DNA from: the human T2T-CHM13v2.0 reference genome, Homo sapiens
Assembly (NCBI RefSeq): GCF_009914755.1
Contig: NC_060925.1
Strand: one strand, 5' to 3'
Length of the DNA: 64,000 nt
Below the pieces are notes generated by a model. It saw only the letters and a list, made by a program, of their open reading frames with translations. It did not search any database and had not been told where the DNA came from. Each line of letters starts with the position of its first letter. Within the stretch, counting starts at the first letter, position 1. The position numbers and the translations under genes were made by a program. Below are positions 1 through 16,290 of the stretch, in pieces.

Positions 1-3000
1 GTCCAATGTCCTGGAGAATTTCCCCAACGTTTTCTTATAGTAGTTTCATAGTTTGAGGTATTAGCGTTAAGCTGCAAATCCATTTTGATGTGATTTTTCT
101 ATATGGTCAGAGATGGTGGTCCAATATCATTGCTCTGACTGCAGATACCCAATTTTCCCAACACCACTTACTGAAGAGACTGTCTTTCTCCAATGCATGT
201 TCTTGGCACCTTTATCAAAAATCAGTTCACTGTAGATATATAGATTTGGTTCTGAGTTCTCTATTCTATTCCATTGTTCTATATGTCTGTTTTTAGAACA
301 GTCCTATGTTGTTTTGGTTACTATATCTCTGTAGTATAATTTGAAGTCAGGTAATATGATTCCTCCTGTTTTGTTCTTCTTGGTCAAGCTGACTTTGGCT
401 ATTCTGGGTCATTTGTGGTTCCATAAAAATTTTAGGATTGTTTTCTCTATTTCTGTGAAGAATGTCATTGATATTTTGGTAGGGATTGCATTGAATCTAT
501 AGATTGCTTTGAGTAGTATGGACATTTTAAAAATATTAATTATTCTAATCCAGGAACATATGTATTTCCATTTTTTTTGTATCCTCTTCAATTTCTTTCA
601 TCAATGTTTTAAGTTTTCATTGTAGAGATTGCTCACTTCTTTGGTTAAGTTAATTCCTAGGTATCTAATTTTATTTCTAGCTATTGTTAATGGGATTAAT
701 TTCTTGATTTATTTTTCAGATTGTTCACTGTTGGCATACAGAAATGCTACTGGTTTTTCTATGTTGATTTTGTATCCTGCAACTATACTGAATTTATTCA
801 TCTGTTCTCAATTTTTTTGGTGGGATTTTTGGGTGTTTTCAAATATAAGATTATACCATCTGCAAACAAAGATAATTTGACTTATTCCTTTCCAATTTGA
901 ATGCCCTTTATTTCTTTCTTTTGCCTGATTGCTCTAGCTAGGACTTCAAGTACTATGTTGAATAACAGTGATGAAAGTGGACATCCTTGTTGTGTTCCAG
1001 ATCTTAGAGAAAAGCCAGTTTTTTCCTATTCAGTCTGAATCTAGCTGTAGGTCTTTAGTACACAGCTTTTATTTTGTTGAGGTATGTTCATTCTATATCT
1101 AGTTTATTTAGGTTTTTATCATAAAGGGATATTGGATTGTGTCAAATGCTTTTTCAGTATCAATTAAAATAATTATATAATTTTTGTCCTTCAATTCTGT
1201 TAATATAATGCACCACATTGATTGATTTATGTACGTTGAACCATCCTTGCATTCCTGGGATAAATTCCACTTGGTGGTGATGAATGCTCTTTTTAATGTG
1301 TTGTTGATTTTGGTTTGCTGTTATTTTGTTGAGGATTTTTGCATCAATGTTTATCAGGGATTCTGGAATGTAGTTTTCTGTTTTTGACCTGTCTTTTTCT
1401 GATTCTTTTATCAGGATAATACTGGCCTTGTAGAATGAGATTGGAAGTATTCCTTACTCCTCTATTTTTGGGAACAGTTTGAATAGGATTGGTGTTAGTT
1501 CTTCTTTAAATGTTTAGTAAAACTCATCAGTGAAGCCATCAGGTCCTGATGTTTTCTTTGCTAGGAGACTTCCTATTACAGCTTCGATCTTATTACTTGT
1601 TTTTGCTCTGTTTAGGTTTTGGATCGTTTCACGGTTCAATCTTAGTAAGTTGTATGTGTATAAGGATTTATTCATTTTTTCTAGGTTTTCCAATTTATTT
1701 GCATATAGTTTCTCATCGTATCAACTAATAATCTTTCGGATTTCTGTGGTATTGCTTGTGATGTCTCTACTATCATCTCTGATTTTGCTGATTTGGGTCT
1801 TCTCTCTTTTTTTCTTGGATAATCTGGCTAAGGGTTTGTTGATTATATTTATCTTTTAACCACCAATTTTTCATTTCATTGGTCTTTTGTATTATTCACC
1901 TCATTTCAATTTCATTTATTTCTGCTCTGATCTTTATTACGATCTTGTCTTCTACTAATTTTGGGTTCCATTTGCTTTTGCTTTTCTAGTTCTTTAAGAT
2001 GCATTGTTAGGTTGTTTAAAGATTTTTTAATATATCTGATATTGGTGCTTATAGCTATAAATTTACCTCTTAGTAGTGCTCTCACTGTATTTTATAATAT
2101 TTGGTAGGTTCTGCTTCCATTATCATTCGTTTAAAGAAATTTTTAAATTTCCTTCATAATCTGCTCATTGACCCACTGGTCATTCAGGAGCATATTGTTT
2201 AATTTCCATGTGTTTGTATAGTTTCCAAAATTCCTCTGGTTGATTTCTAGTTTTATTCCATTGTCATCAGAGGAGACACTTGATATAATTTCAATTATTA
2301 AAAAAATTTTAAGACTTGTTTTGTTGTCTAATATATGGTCTATCCCTGAGAATGATCTATGTGCTGAGAAGAAGCATGTGTATTCAGCAGCCACTGGATG
2401 AAATGCTCTGTAAATATCTATTAGGTCTATTTGGTCTATAATGTAGTCTAAGTCCAGTGTTTCTTTGTTGATTGTTTTTGTCTGAGTGATCTCTCCAATA
2501 CTGAAAGTGGGGTGCTGAGGTCTCCAGCTATTTTGGTTTTGTGGTCTAGCTCCCTCTTTTTCTCTAATAATATTTGCTTTATATATTTGGGTGCTCCAGT
2601 GTTGGGTGCATATATATTTAAAATTGTTATATCCCCTTGCTTAATTGACCTCTGTACCATTATATAATAACCTTCTTTGCCTCCGTTTATAGTTTTTGTA
2701 TTGAAATGTATCATGTCTGGTATAAGTATTCCTGATCCTTTTTAGTTTGCATTGGCATGGAATATCTTTTTCCATTCCTTATTTTCAGTCCATGTGTGTC
2801 TTTATAGGTGAAGTGTATTTCTTACTGGTAACCAATCATTGAGTCTTGTTTTTTCATCCATTCAGCCACTCTATGCTTTTGATTGGAGAGGTTAGTCTAT
2901 TTACATTCAATGTTATTGTTGATAGGTAAGATTTTACTCTTGCCATTTTGTTATTTGTTTTCTAGTTGATTTGTGATCTTCTCTTCTTTCTTTCCTGTCT

Positions 3001-6000
3001 TCCTTTTAGTGGTATGTTTTAATTTCTTGGTTTTTGTGTGTGTATCTGCTGTATTTTTTTTATTTGAAGATACCATGACCCTTGCAAATGATATTCTATA
3101 ACTCATTATTTTAAACTGATGACTTAACAATGATTGTATAAACAAAAAAAGAGAATTGTAATAAAAATTCGACACTGGACTTCATCCTCCTGCTTTTTAA
3201 CTTTTTGTTGCTTCTATTTACATCTTAGTATGCTGTCTATGTCTTGAAAAGTTGTTGTAGTTATTATTTTTGAATAGTTATCTTCTAGGTTGTTTTTACT
3301 CAAGATATGACTAGTTTAGACACCACAATTACAGTGTTAAAATATTCTGTGTTTTTCTGTGTACTTACTATTACCACTGAGTTTTGTATTATCAGATGAT
3401 TTCTTATTGCTCATTAACTTCCTTTTCTTTCTGGTTGAAGTACTCCTTTTAGCAGTTCTGGTAGGCAAGTCTGGTATTGATGAAATCCCTCAGTTTTTGT
3501 TTGTATGGAAAATTATATCTTCTTCCTATATGAAGGATATTTTTACTGGACATACTATTCTAGGATACAGCTTTTTTTCCTTCAGCACTTTAAATATATC
3601 CTGCCATTCTCTCCTGGCCTAAAAGTTTTCCACTGCAAAGTCTGTTGCCAGATATATTGGAGCTCCATGTATGTGAATTGTTTCTTTTCTCTTGCTGCTT
3701 TCAGGAATTTTTCTTTATCTTTGACTTTTAGGTGTTTGATTATTAAATACCTTGAGGTTGGCTTCTTTGGGTTAAATCTCTTTGGTGTACAATAGCTTTC
3801 TTGTACTTAGATATTGACATCTTTCTCTAGGTTTGGGAAGTTCTCTGTTTTTATCTCATTTTTTTGTCTCCTCTGTATGTTTTGTGATGGCATGTCTTAA
3901 AGCTCACTAATTCTTACTTCTACTTCATTAATTCTTCTGGTAAGAGACCGATTTACTCTTCAGTATCTCAATTGCATTTTTCAACTCCAGAGTTTTTGCT
4001 TCATTCTTTTTAATTATTCAATATGTTTGCTAAATTGATCTCATAGGATTCTGGACTCCATCTCTATGTTATCTTGAATATCTTTGAGTTCCCTCAAGAA
4101 GGCTATTTTAAATCATCTGTCTGAAAGTTCACATATGTCTCTCTCAACAGGATTAGTCCCTGGTTCATTATTTAGGTTGTTTGGTGAGGTCATGTTTTCC
4201 TGGATAGTCTTGATGCTTGTCAATGTTTATCAGTGTCTGGCCACTGAAGAATTGGGTATTTATTGGACTCTTTGCAGTCTGAGGTTGTTTGTATGTGTGC
4301 TTCTTGGGAAGGTTTTTCAGATATTTAAAGGAATTTGGGTGTTGTGATCTAAGTTTTTGATCTCTGTAGTCATATATACATTAGGGGGCAACCCAAGCCC
4401 AGTAATGCTGTGGCTCTTAAAGATTCATACAGGTACTTCCACGAAATTCTTCTTGGATAGTTCTGGAAGAATTATCTGGATTGCAAAGCAAAAACGCTTG
4501 TTCTCTTCCTACTTTCCCCTGGATAAACAGTCTCTCTCTGTGATGAGCTACATATAGTTGAGGAAGGGTGGCATAAGCATCCCTGTGGCCACCACCACTG
4601 GAACTGTGCTAGGTCAGATCTAAAGCCAGCACAGAACTGGATCTCAACCAAGTCTTTCAGTAACCACTGCCTTGCTATTTTCTATGTTCACTCGAGCCTG
4701 CAGAGCTTTAAAATCAGCAGTTGGTGAAGCCAGCCAGGCTTGTTTTCTTTTCTTCAGTGTGGCAAGTTCCCCTTGGTCCCAAGTAGGTCAAGAGATGCCA
4801 TCCAAGAGCCAGCACCTTGAGTCAGTTACTTTAGGAATCTACCTGTCACCCAAGCCACAAAACAAAGTCCTTCCCTACTTCCCTCCTCTACCCACAAGCA
4901 GAGAAGTCTCTCCCTGTAACTATCACCACCCCAGTTATGTGGTGAGTGAGTATTACCTGGTTACCTCTGATGTTTATTCAAGGACCCAGGGCTCTTTAGT
5001 TAGCTTGTGGTAAATGCTGCCAGGCCTAGGACTCTCCCTTCAGTGAAGTGAGCTCCCCTCTGGACCAGAGAGGGTACAGCAATGCCATCTCAGAGCCAAG
5101 ACCAAAGCCTGGAATCTGAGACCCTTGGTGCTCTACTCTGTTTGGGCCAAGCTGGTACCTAATCTGCAAGATGAAGTCACCTTTTCTCTCCCTCCATTTT
5201 TCCTCGAGAAGAAGGAGTCCCTAGCTATAGCCACCACAGCTGGAAATGTGCAGGGTCACATCTGAAGCCAGTATGTCTCTCAGTCTCAACCAAGGCCCAC
5301 CATGAGTACTGCCTGGGTACCACTGCTGATTATTCAGTACCTAAGGGATCTTTAGCTAGGAGATAATGAATCCTTCCAGGACTGGGTCTTTCTCTTCAAG
5401 ACAGTGGATTCTCTTCTGGCCCAGGGTATGTCTAGAAATGTTGTCCAAGAGCTAGGTCCTGGAATAGGGGCCTCAGGACTCTGCCTCATGCCCACTTCTA
5501 CTGTGGGTGAACATGTATCAAAGTTGCCCCCCCACCAAAAAAAAGTCCTCCTTACTTATCTCTCTCTTCTCTTCAAACAGAAGGCAGAAGTCTCTCTTGG
5601 AGTTGCAAGCTATGTTGTCTAGTGTTGGGTGAGGGGTGATGCAAACCCTCCCTTGGCTGCTTCTCTGGCATCTCATTTGGTTATGCTCCCCTGTCAACTC
5701 CACTGACTCTGAGCCAGCCCAGCACCAGGACTTGCCCACAGATTGCAGACTTTGTGGTCTAGACTGCCTTTCAAGTTAATGTAGGCCTCCCCAGAGCACT
5801 TTAGCCCCGGGTAAGGTGGTGAGGCTTGTTAGAACTTAGGCTCTGACCACTGGGATGAGCAACTTCCCTATGGCTATGGCTGATCTCAATGCACATTCCA
5901 TGAGCACTGGCTGAGTTCCACCAAGTGCCACTTTCCACTGTGACAGGGCAGCACTAAATTTCAATGCAAAGTTCCACAATTACTGTGTTCTCACTCTCTC

Positions 6001-6260
6001 CCAAGTGCAGATTCTCTTTCCACGCCATGTGGCCACTGCCAGAGTGTGGGGGAAGGGTGATGTTGGCAATTAAGGACTGGCTTTCCTACCCTCTTGAGTG
6101 GCTCCTTCATTGATATGAAGATAAAACCAAATATAGTGATCACTCACTTGATTTTTGGTTCTTATAAATGTGATTTTTTTTGTGCCGATAGTTCTTCAAT
6201 TTGGTGCTTCTGCAAGGAGGATGATCAGTAGAGGTTTCTATTCTTCTACGGTGCGTTACC
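1..6260 (-). mobile_element. Old L1 (L1M/L1MA-like): 5' UTR, ORF1 and the 5' part of ORF2, continuing off the window start
   Basis: Minus-strand ORF2 peptides ([31 protein letters not shown]; endonuclease TILNIYAPNTGAPKYIKQ, IAGDLSTPLS, SDDNGIKLEIN); more GC-rich 5' UTR-like sequence ~4500-6250; many stops and frameshifts. Confidence 0.85.
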
Positions 6261-6323
6261 TCTTTCAATCAGTATTTCTACTTTTAAGAGGTATTGTTGT
6301 TTGTTTTTAAATAAAAATCTCTA

Positions 6324-9436
<3,113 letters not shown>

Positions 9437-9699
9437 GACAAAGCACATAATCCTACCAAAAAAAATCTCTACACTTCCTTATAAGTATTTCAGCTGTATT
9501 TTGTCTTATATGAAATGACACTCAATGCTTTTTTTAACTTTATATTTGAATTTTTATTTGATTCAAGTATTATTTATGAGAGTATTTTTTGATTCCCAGG
9601 AAATTTTGACATTTTTATTACTCATTTCTAACATTATTGGAGTAAGAGTATCTGATCTTCAAAAATTATTTCTTAAAATATAGAGGTCTTCTGTAATGG

Positions 9700-11950
9700 C
9701 TGAGTGAGGGACTTGGCAACTCCTCTTTCCAAAGAGTAATTGTAAAACTGAACAAAATTTCCCAAAATTACCATTTTAAGACTAGAAATTCACTAAAGGC
9801 ATATAACCAAATGAAAAGTCTTTATTGATGAAATGATAATAAATATAAATAAGAACAGTGGGGAGTTTGTAGCATTTTAGCCTGGTGCTGCTCCTGCTAC
9901 CAATAGCCCCCCATAACCCCTACCACTTCTACCTACATGGTGCAAAGGTACTACTATGGCATAGCAGACTGAGAGCAGATTGAAGTGACATCAGACAGTA
10001 ACTTCAATTCACAGGAAGAAAACATGAGTAATAGAAATTATAAATACATACGTTAATTTCAAAGAGTCTATAAGTATATATTCCCTCCTCTTAATATCTT
10101 TAAAAGCAATAACTATAACACTCTTTTCTTGGGTTTAAATTACCATATATAGATGTAATATAGAGCAACAGTAGGGCAAAGGAAGGTAGAGGGATTTAAG
10201 TTTTACTGGAGCAAAGTTCTATATTTTACTGAAATAAAGGTACTATTAATTTGAAGTAAAATGTGATAAGATACATACTGTAGTACATAGAGCAACCACT
10301 GAGAAAATAACAAAAAACACAGTAAAAAGCAAGAAAGAAATCAAATGGTACAGTAGAAAATACCTGTTTAATATAAAAGAATGTGGTAAAGGAGAAATAC
10401 AGGGAAATACATGTGATATATAAAAACCCAAAGGAAAAATGGTGGATGTAAGTCCAGCTATATAAATAATAATTTTAAATGAGAATGGATTAAATATTCC
10501 AATTAAAAGACAAATGTTTTCAGATTAACTTAAAAATAGCAAAACGTAAGTTTCTAACTACAATCTGTCTACAAAAGAAACTTTAAAATTCAGAGATGCG
10601 AATCAGCCAAAAGTAAAATAATGCAAAAATACCACAATAAGAGTGACTATAAGAAGCTGGAGTGGGTATTCTAATATTAGACAAAATAGACTTTAAGATA
10701 AAATATGTTACTGAAACAAAGACAAAAATTTTACAGTGTTGGAAATGTCACTTCATCAGGTACACACAACAATTCTAAGTATGTATGTACCCAACAAAAA
10801 TGAGACTAAAATATATGATGTAAAAAGTGGCACAATTGAGGGAAGAATTACACAATTCACCAGTAAGAGTTGTGGACTTTAATGCCACACTCTAAATAAT
10901 AGACAGAATGACAACACAATAAATCAACAAACATATAGCAAATTATAGGAACTCTATCAACTAACTTTACTTAACTGATGTTTATGGAACAATTCACCCA
11001 ATAGAATGAAATTTCTTCTCAATCACATGAAACATTCTCCAGGATATATCTCATAACAAGGCTATAAATAAGTCTCAATAAATTTAAAATAATTGAAATC
11101 AACAAAGTATGTTCAGTAATCATGGTAAAATTAAATAAGAAATCAACAACAGAAGAAAATTTTGGAAATTCAAATATATCTGGAAATAAATTTATTATTT
11201 CTCCATAACCATGGGGACAGGAATAAATCACCAAAGCAATTATAAATTATTTGAGTTGAATGAAAACACAACATATAAAACATTATGAGATGTAGCTAAA
11301 GCAGTGCTTAGATGAAAACATAGCTGTAAATGCCTATATCAGAAAATAAGAAATGTCTCAAATCAAAATCCAAACTTCCTCTTGAAAAGTGTGAGGTGGA
11401 GTGTGGAAGGAGGGAGGGTAAAGGAATCTCATAGCAAGCAAGATTGAAGGAATAAATATGAGAGAGGAAATCAGTGAAATAAAAAACTAGAAAAATAGTA
11501 GAGAAAATTAATAAAATCATTGATTCTTTGAAAATATCAACAAAATGGCAAACCTCTAGGTAAGCTAAGTAAAACAAAAGAAGGCATATATTACGAAAAT
11601 AAAAAAGAGACCACATTACTAATGACCTTACAGAAATTAAAAATATCAAAAGAAAATATGAGAAATAGTATTATGCCAACAAATTGGAAAATGTAGATGA
11701 AATGGATGAATTCCTTAAAAGACACTAATTACCAAAACTAACTTAAGAAGAAATAGAAAACCTAGATAGATCTGTAACAAGTAAAGAAATTGAATTCACA
11801 ATTTAAAATGTTCCCATAGATAAAATCCAAGGCACAGATGGCTTCACTGGTGAATTTTACTAAACATTTAAGATAGAAATAATACCAATCTTTTACATAC
11901 TCCTCCAGAAATAGAGAAAGAAACACATCCTAATTAATTCTGTAAGACCA
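9700..11950 (+). mobile_element. Ancient L1M fragment (inter-ORF region and ORF2 endonuclease/linker)
   Basis: Degenerate ORF2 motifs (gacaaaatagactttaag, ggcacagatggcttcactggtgaattttac); A-rich plus strand; boundaries approximate. Confidence 0.7.
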
Positions 11951-12847
11951 CAGTGTTCCGCCATCATTCCAGATGGTGGCTACACAGAAAGTTTCTTAGC
12001 ACAGCAGTGAGCATCATTCCAAGGTACCTCTCTGGAACCCTACTAAGCAGCTTAACGGCAATTTCAAGAATAAAGTATTGTTCAAGAATCCATAAAGAAG
12101 AAATAGATCTAATCATATATATATTAGAAATAGCAAAAAATCATCAGGGACTTTGATTTTGTTGTTGGAATTATTCCCTAATGTGAGCATTAATGAGTTT
12201 TATCTACCTTCTTATCCACCATTCAAAATTTTTCTATTACTTTGGTTATTCCAGTCAATTTCTCAGAGGCAAATTGGGAAGACTGTTCTTAGTAATTATT
12301 TTGCTAACTGTAAATGCAAAATTTCCTTAGCATTCTTCATTCCTTCCACTCTCTTCACTATCATTCAGTAGAAATTATTAAGGCTAAAGGGAAAACCACT
12401 TTGATTCATTTTATACTGCAACTCAAACCATAAACAGTTTAAGTAGAAAACTTTTAGAGTCTTATTTGCTGAACCTCATAACGGTTCTTTATTTATATCT
12501 TCAAGCACTGAATTAAGTTTATTATTTTACTGCTGTTTGTTAAAAACATGTTAAGTATTTTACAAGTATAATATTTTTGTCTATTTCTTGCATTCATGAT
12601 TGCTTTTGTTTTCAACTTTCGGTTCCTAAGGGGCAGGAGACATGCCTTTACAATGATCTAAATAAAAATCATATATACCTAACAGACAATATATCTAGTA
12701 TAATTACAGGGGGAAAAGCATCTCCTCTTTAAATTTTTTTAAATTCACTCCTATTTTATTTGCAACACTTTTTAAAATTAAACAATCAACCTAAATTGCT
12801 ACTGCAGATTTTACATAACCAACATCTTTCTATATACTATAAAAATA

Positions 12848-13670
12848 GATATGAACAGACACTTCTCAAAAGAAGACATTTATGCGGCCAAAATACATAT
12901 GAAAAAAAGCTCATCATCACTGGTCATTAGAGAAATGCAAATCAAAACCACAATGAGATACCATCTCATGCCAGTTAGAATGGCAATCTTTAAAAAGTCA
13001 GGAAGCAACAGATGCTGGTGAGGCTGTGGAGAAATAGGAACACTTTTACACCATTGGTGGGAGTGTAAATTAGTTCAACCATTGTGGAAGACAGTGTGGT
13101 GATTCCTCAAGGGTTGAGAACCGGAAATACCATTTGACCCAGCAATCCCATTATGGAGTATAAACCCAAAGGATTAGAAATCATTCTACTATAAAGACAA
13201 ATGCACAGGTATGTTTATTGCAGCACTGTTCACAATAGCAAAGACTTGGAACCAACCCAAATGTCCATCAATGATAGACTGGATAAAGAAAATGTGGCAC
13301 ATATACAACATGGAATACTATTCAGCCATAAAAAAGGATGAGTTCATGTCCTTTGCAGGCACATGGATGAAGCTGGAAACTATCATTCTCAGGAAACTAA
13401 CACAAGAGCAGAAGACAAAACACTGCATGTTCTCACTCATATGTTGGAGTTGAACAATGAGAACACAGGACACAGGGAGGGGAACATCACACACCGGGGC
13501 CTGTCAGGGGGTGGGAGGGTAGGGAAGGGATAGCATTAGGAGAAATACCTAATGTAGATGATGGGTTGGTGGGTGCAGCAAACCACCATGGCACGTGTAT
13601 ACCTGTATAACAAACCTGCATGTTCTGCACATGTATCCCAGAACTTAAAGTATAATTTTAAAAAAAAAGG
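12848..13670 (+). mobile_element. L1PA7/8-like 3' end (~0.8 kb)
   Basis: ORF2 C-terminus (MFIAALFTIAKTWNQPKCPS), 3' UTR gcattaggagaaatacctaatgtagatg, A tail. Confidence 0.92.
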
Positions 13671-13845
13671 AAGAAGAAAAGAAATAAATATCCTGGCTCT
13701 TTTGCTTCCTTTAAAAAAACAAACAAACAAACAAAAAAAAAACAAAAAAACAAGGCCCTGACTTCATTTCATGGTAATGTGACCTGGATGTATGATTACA
13801 AGTATGGGGTAGAGGTCAGTACAGATAAGCATAAAGACCTTTAGC

Positions 13846-14336
13846 ATTTTTCATTTTAAAGACGATCATGTTTATAGCCAAATCACAGCTCATAATTATC
13901 CCAGGTCACAAAAAGTCTATTTTCAGCTATTCCTTCTGAGTAAACTGGGGCCAAAATGCCCAGACTGTCTCCAAATATCCTTCAATCCATTACCAGACTT
14001 ACATACTTACTTTTTGGTGTCCCATGGGCAGGGTCTGACCCAGAGTTCAGCTAGGCATGTCAAGTTGAATGTCTGTTGTCTCAATATGAGAAACAAAAGG
14101 AGAAAAACTGCAAGTGGAACTCTTCAGGAGAGTGAAATGGCCTTTGTTTAAACAAAAATCCTCTCTTATGGCTGCTTTCAAGAAAGCAGCCAGCGAAGAC
14201 TGTATTTTGAAACAAGTGGATTGAGAAACTACATTTTTGGACTCAGAACATGTTGCAAGTTATACTTGTAATGGGAGTATTTTTCATTTTAAAGATGATC
14301 ATGTTTATACTCAAATCACATTTCATAACTCCCAGG
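13846..14336. repeat. Dispersed direct repeat, ~60 bp (13846-13905 and 14279-14336)
   Basis: atttttcattttaaagacgatcatgtttatagccaaatcacagctcataattatcccagg vs atttttcattttaaagatgatcatgtttatactcaaatcacatttcataactcccagg. Confidence 0.9.
14011..14072 (-). other. Candidate 62-nt alternative (premature-stop) exon of LRRIQ3
   Basis: Pyrimidine tract tttttctccttttgtttctc ... acaacag| acceptor; donor AAA|gtaagt; joined to the IQ exon it reads R-H-S-T-stop. Confidence 0.5.
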
Positions 14337-14470
14337 ACTACATGGGCTCCAGGATGTAACTGGGTTACATATGAAATTCAATTATCTGTGATATATCTGT
14401 TCCTCTCCAAGCACCTTCCCTTCCTCTCCAATACAGCCCCCAGTCCACTTATCATAGAAAATAGGAGAGT

Positions 14471-14605
14471 GGCTGGGCGTGGTGGCTCATGCCTGTAATA
14501 TGTCACTTTGGGAGGCCAACACTTGAGGCCAGGAGTTTGAGACCAGACCGAACAACATAACAAGACCCTGTCTCTACAAAAAATAAAGAAATAAAACACA
14601 AACAC
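14471..14605 (+). mobile_element. Alu monomer (FLAM/AluJ left-arm-like)
   Basis: ggctgggcgtggtggctcatgcctgtaat...aggagtttgagacca...tctctac then an A-rich tail; no right arm. Confidence 0.85.
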
Positions 14606-14612
14606 AAAAAAT

Positions 14613-14740
14613 GTATTTATGTGTATATATATATATATACACATATATGTATGTGTGTGTGTATATATATATATACATATATGTATGTGTGTGTGTATAT
14701 ATATATACATGTGTGTGTGTATATATATACACACATACAT
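14613..14740. repeat. Compound (TA)n/(TG)n/(CA)n microsatellite
   Basis: Alternating purine-pyrimidine tract read directly. Confidence 0.95.
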
Positions 14741-14826
14741 AAATGTAAAATGTTAGGCTGTAAATGATGAAAATATGATGGCTTTGGGGAAATAAAATGT
14801 ATAATTTGACTTCAAACTTTTCAGTG

Positions 14827-14890
14827 GAAAGAAGGAAGGGAGAAAGGAAGGAAGGAAGGAAGGAGGGAGGGAGGGAGGGAAGGAAAAAGC
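14827..14890 (+). repeat. (GGAA)n/(GGGA)n polypurine tract
   Basis: aaggaaggaaggaagg...gggagggaggga read directly. Confidence 0.9.
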
Positions 14891-15329
14891 GAGAAGCTAG
14901 GAAGGGAAGTAGTGAGGACTGGCCGCTATCCATGCAATTGCATACACCAAAATTTTTAGTGTCATCCATCATATGCTTCTTTTTCTCACCATAACAACCA
15001 CTACCCATTTGCTCACCAAATTCTCTAATCCTCTGTATTGTACCCATAAATACCTTTATCTGATCCCTACATCTATATTTTATTCCAGGCACTTATGACT
15101 CACCTAAACTATTTTAGTAACCTAGGATTGATGGCTTTAGTCTTCCCTCATTAAAACTTTTATTCCACATAACTGTAGAGTAACATCCCATGGCATCTCT
15201 TCTGTGCTTAAACACTTGTAATGGCTTGCCACTACTTATAACAAAGGATAACATTTCTTGATATAAATACTGACTATATAAAAATAAAAATATTAATGTC
15301 TTATTATAACCCATAGATAAAATTATAGT

Positions 15330-16290
15330 ATATGACAAAATAGCATGAAAGTTGAAAAGGAGATATAATGAAAATAGAGTTCTAAAATTTTTATATGGTC
15401 AAGAAGAAGAGTAAAGGTACTAATTAAATGAAGATATATTAAAGTAAATAAGCATATTTTATTTGCTAGGATTACTGATTCTTCAAAATTGGAAATATAG
15501 AGTGTATCTTCCAAAACAGTAGAGGGGGAAAACATACAACAATAAAAACTAAATTCCAAAGAAGGCAGGAAATATGAGGGAGAAAATTTACAGAACAGGA
15601 GAGAAAAGCAAAAAGCAAAAATAACACAATGTATTTAATACCCCAAACATCAGGAATAACATTTAATGTAAATAGTCCAAATATGATAGTTAATATAAAA
15701 ATTGTCAGACTGGGTTTAAAAAATCAAACTCTGTTATTTATGAGCTAGATAGACAGATAAAGATAAATATACAGAAATATTATAACCAAATGGATAGAAA
15801 ATAAATATGCAAAAACTAAATACAAAACAAGCCAGTGTAAATACATCTGATAAAGTAAACTTTAAGCCATAAAGATTACTAGATGAATTGAGAGTCATTT
15901 CATAAAGATAAAAGGTTCAATTGACTGATTGACATAATGATTTTTAATTTTTATGCAACTAATAACATAGTTCAAAATATGCAAAACAAAATTTGACCTA
16001 ACTATAATGAAATAATAATAATACATCTACAATCACAGTGAGAGATGTAAGTTCACTTCTCCCAGTGACTGAGAAAACTAGTAATCCCAAAATTAATAAG
16101 GAATAGAATAGTTGAACACCACCTAACCAGTGACCTAATAGAAACACAAAAAATATCTTAGCCAATAACTATAGAGGACACTTTTTTTAAGCACACGTGA
16201 AAAGCGTGGGCCATATGCAAATCTCAATGAAATTCAAAGTCAAAGGACTGAAATCATATAGGACAGGATTTCCTACTGCAAGGAAATTAA
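15330..16290 (+). mobile_element. Ancient L1ME-like fragment (ORF2 5' region)
   Basis: Degenerate endonuclease-region motifs (aaattgtcagactgggtt, gagagtcatttcataaagataaaaggttcaatt). Confidence 0.55.

Noticed and set aside
13671-13752. Second A-rich tract after the L1PA7/8 tail, possible transduction
   Set aside because: No convincing TSD after it; a degenerate TSD fits before it (aaaaatagatat vs agaaataaatat).
14378-15092. 120-aa and 172-aa ORFs
   Set aside because: Low-complexity translations of microsatellites and an Alu monomer.
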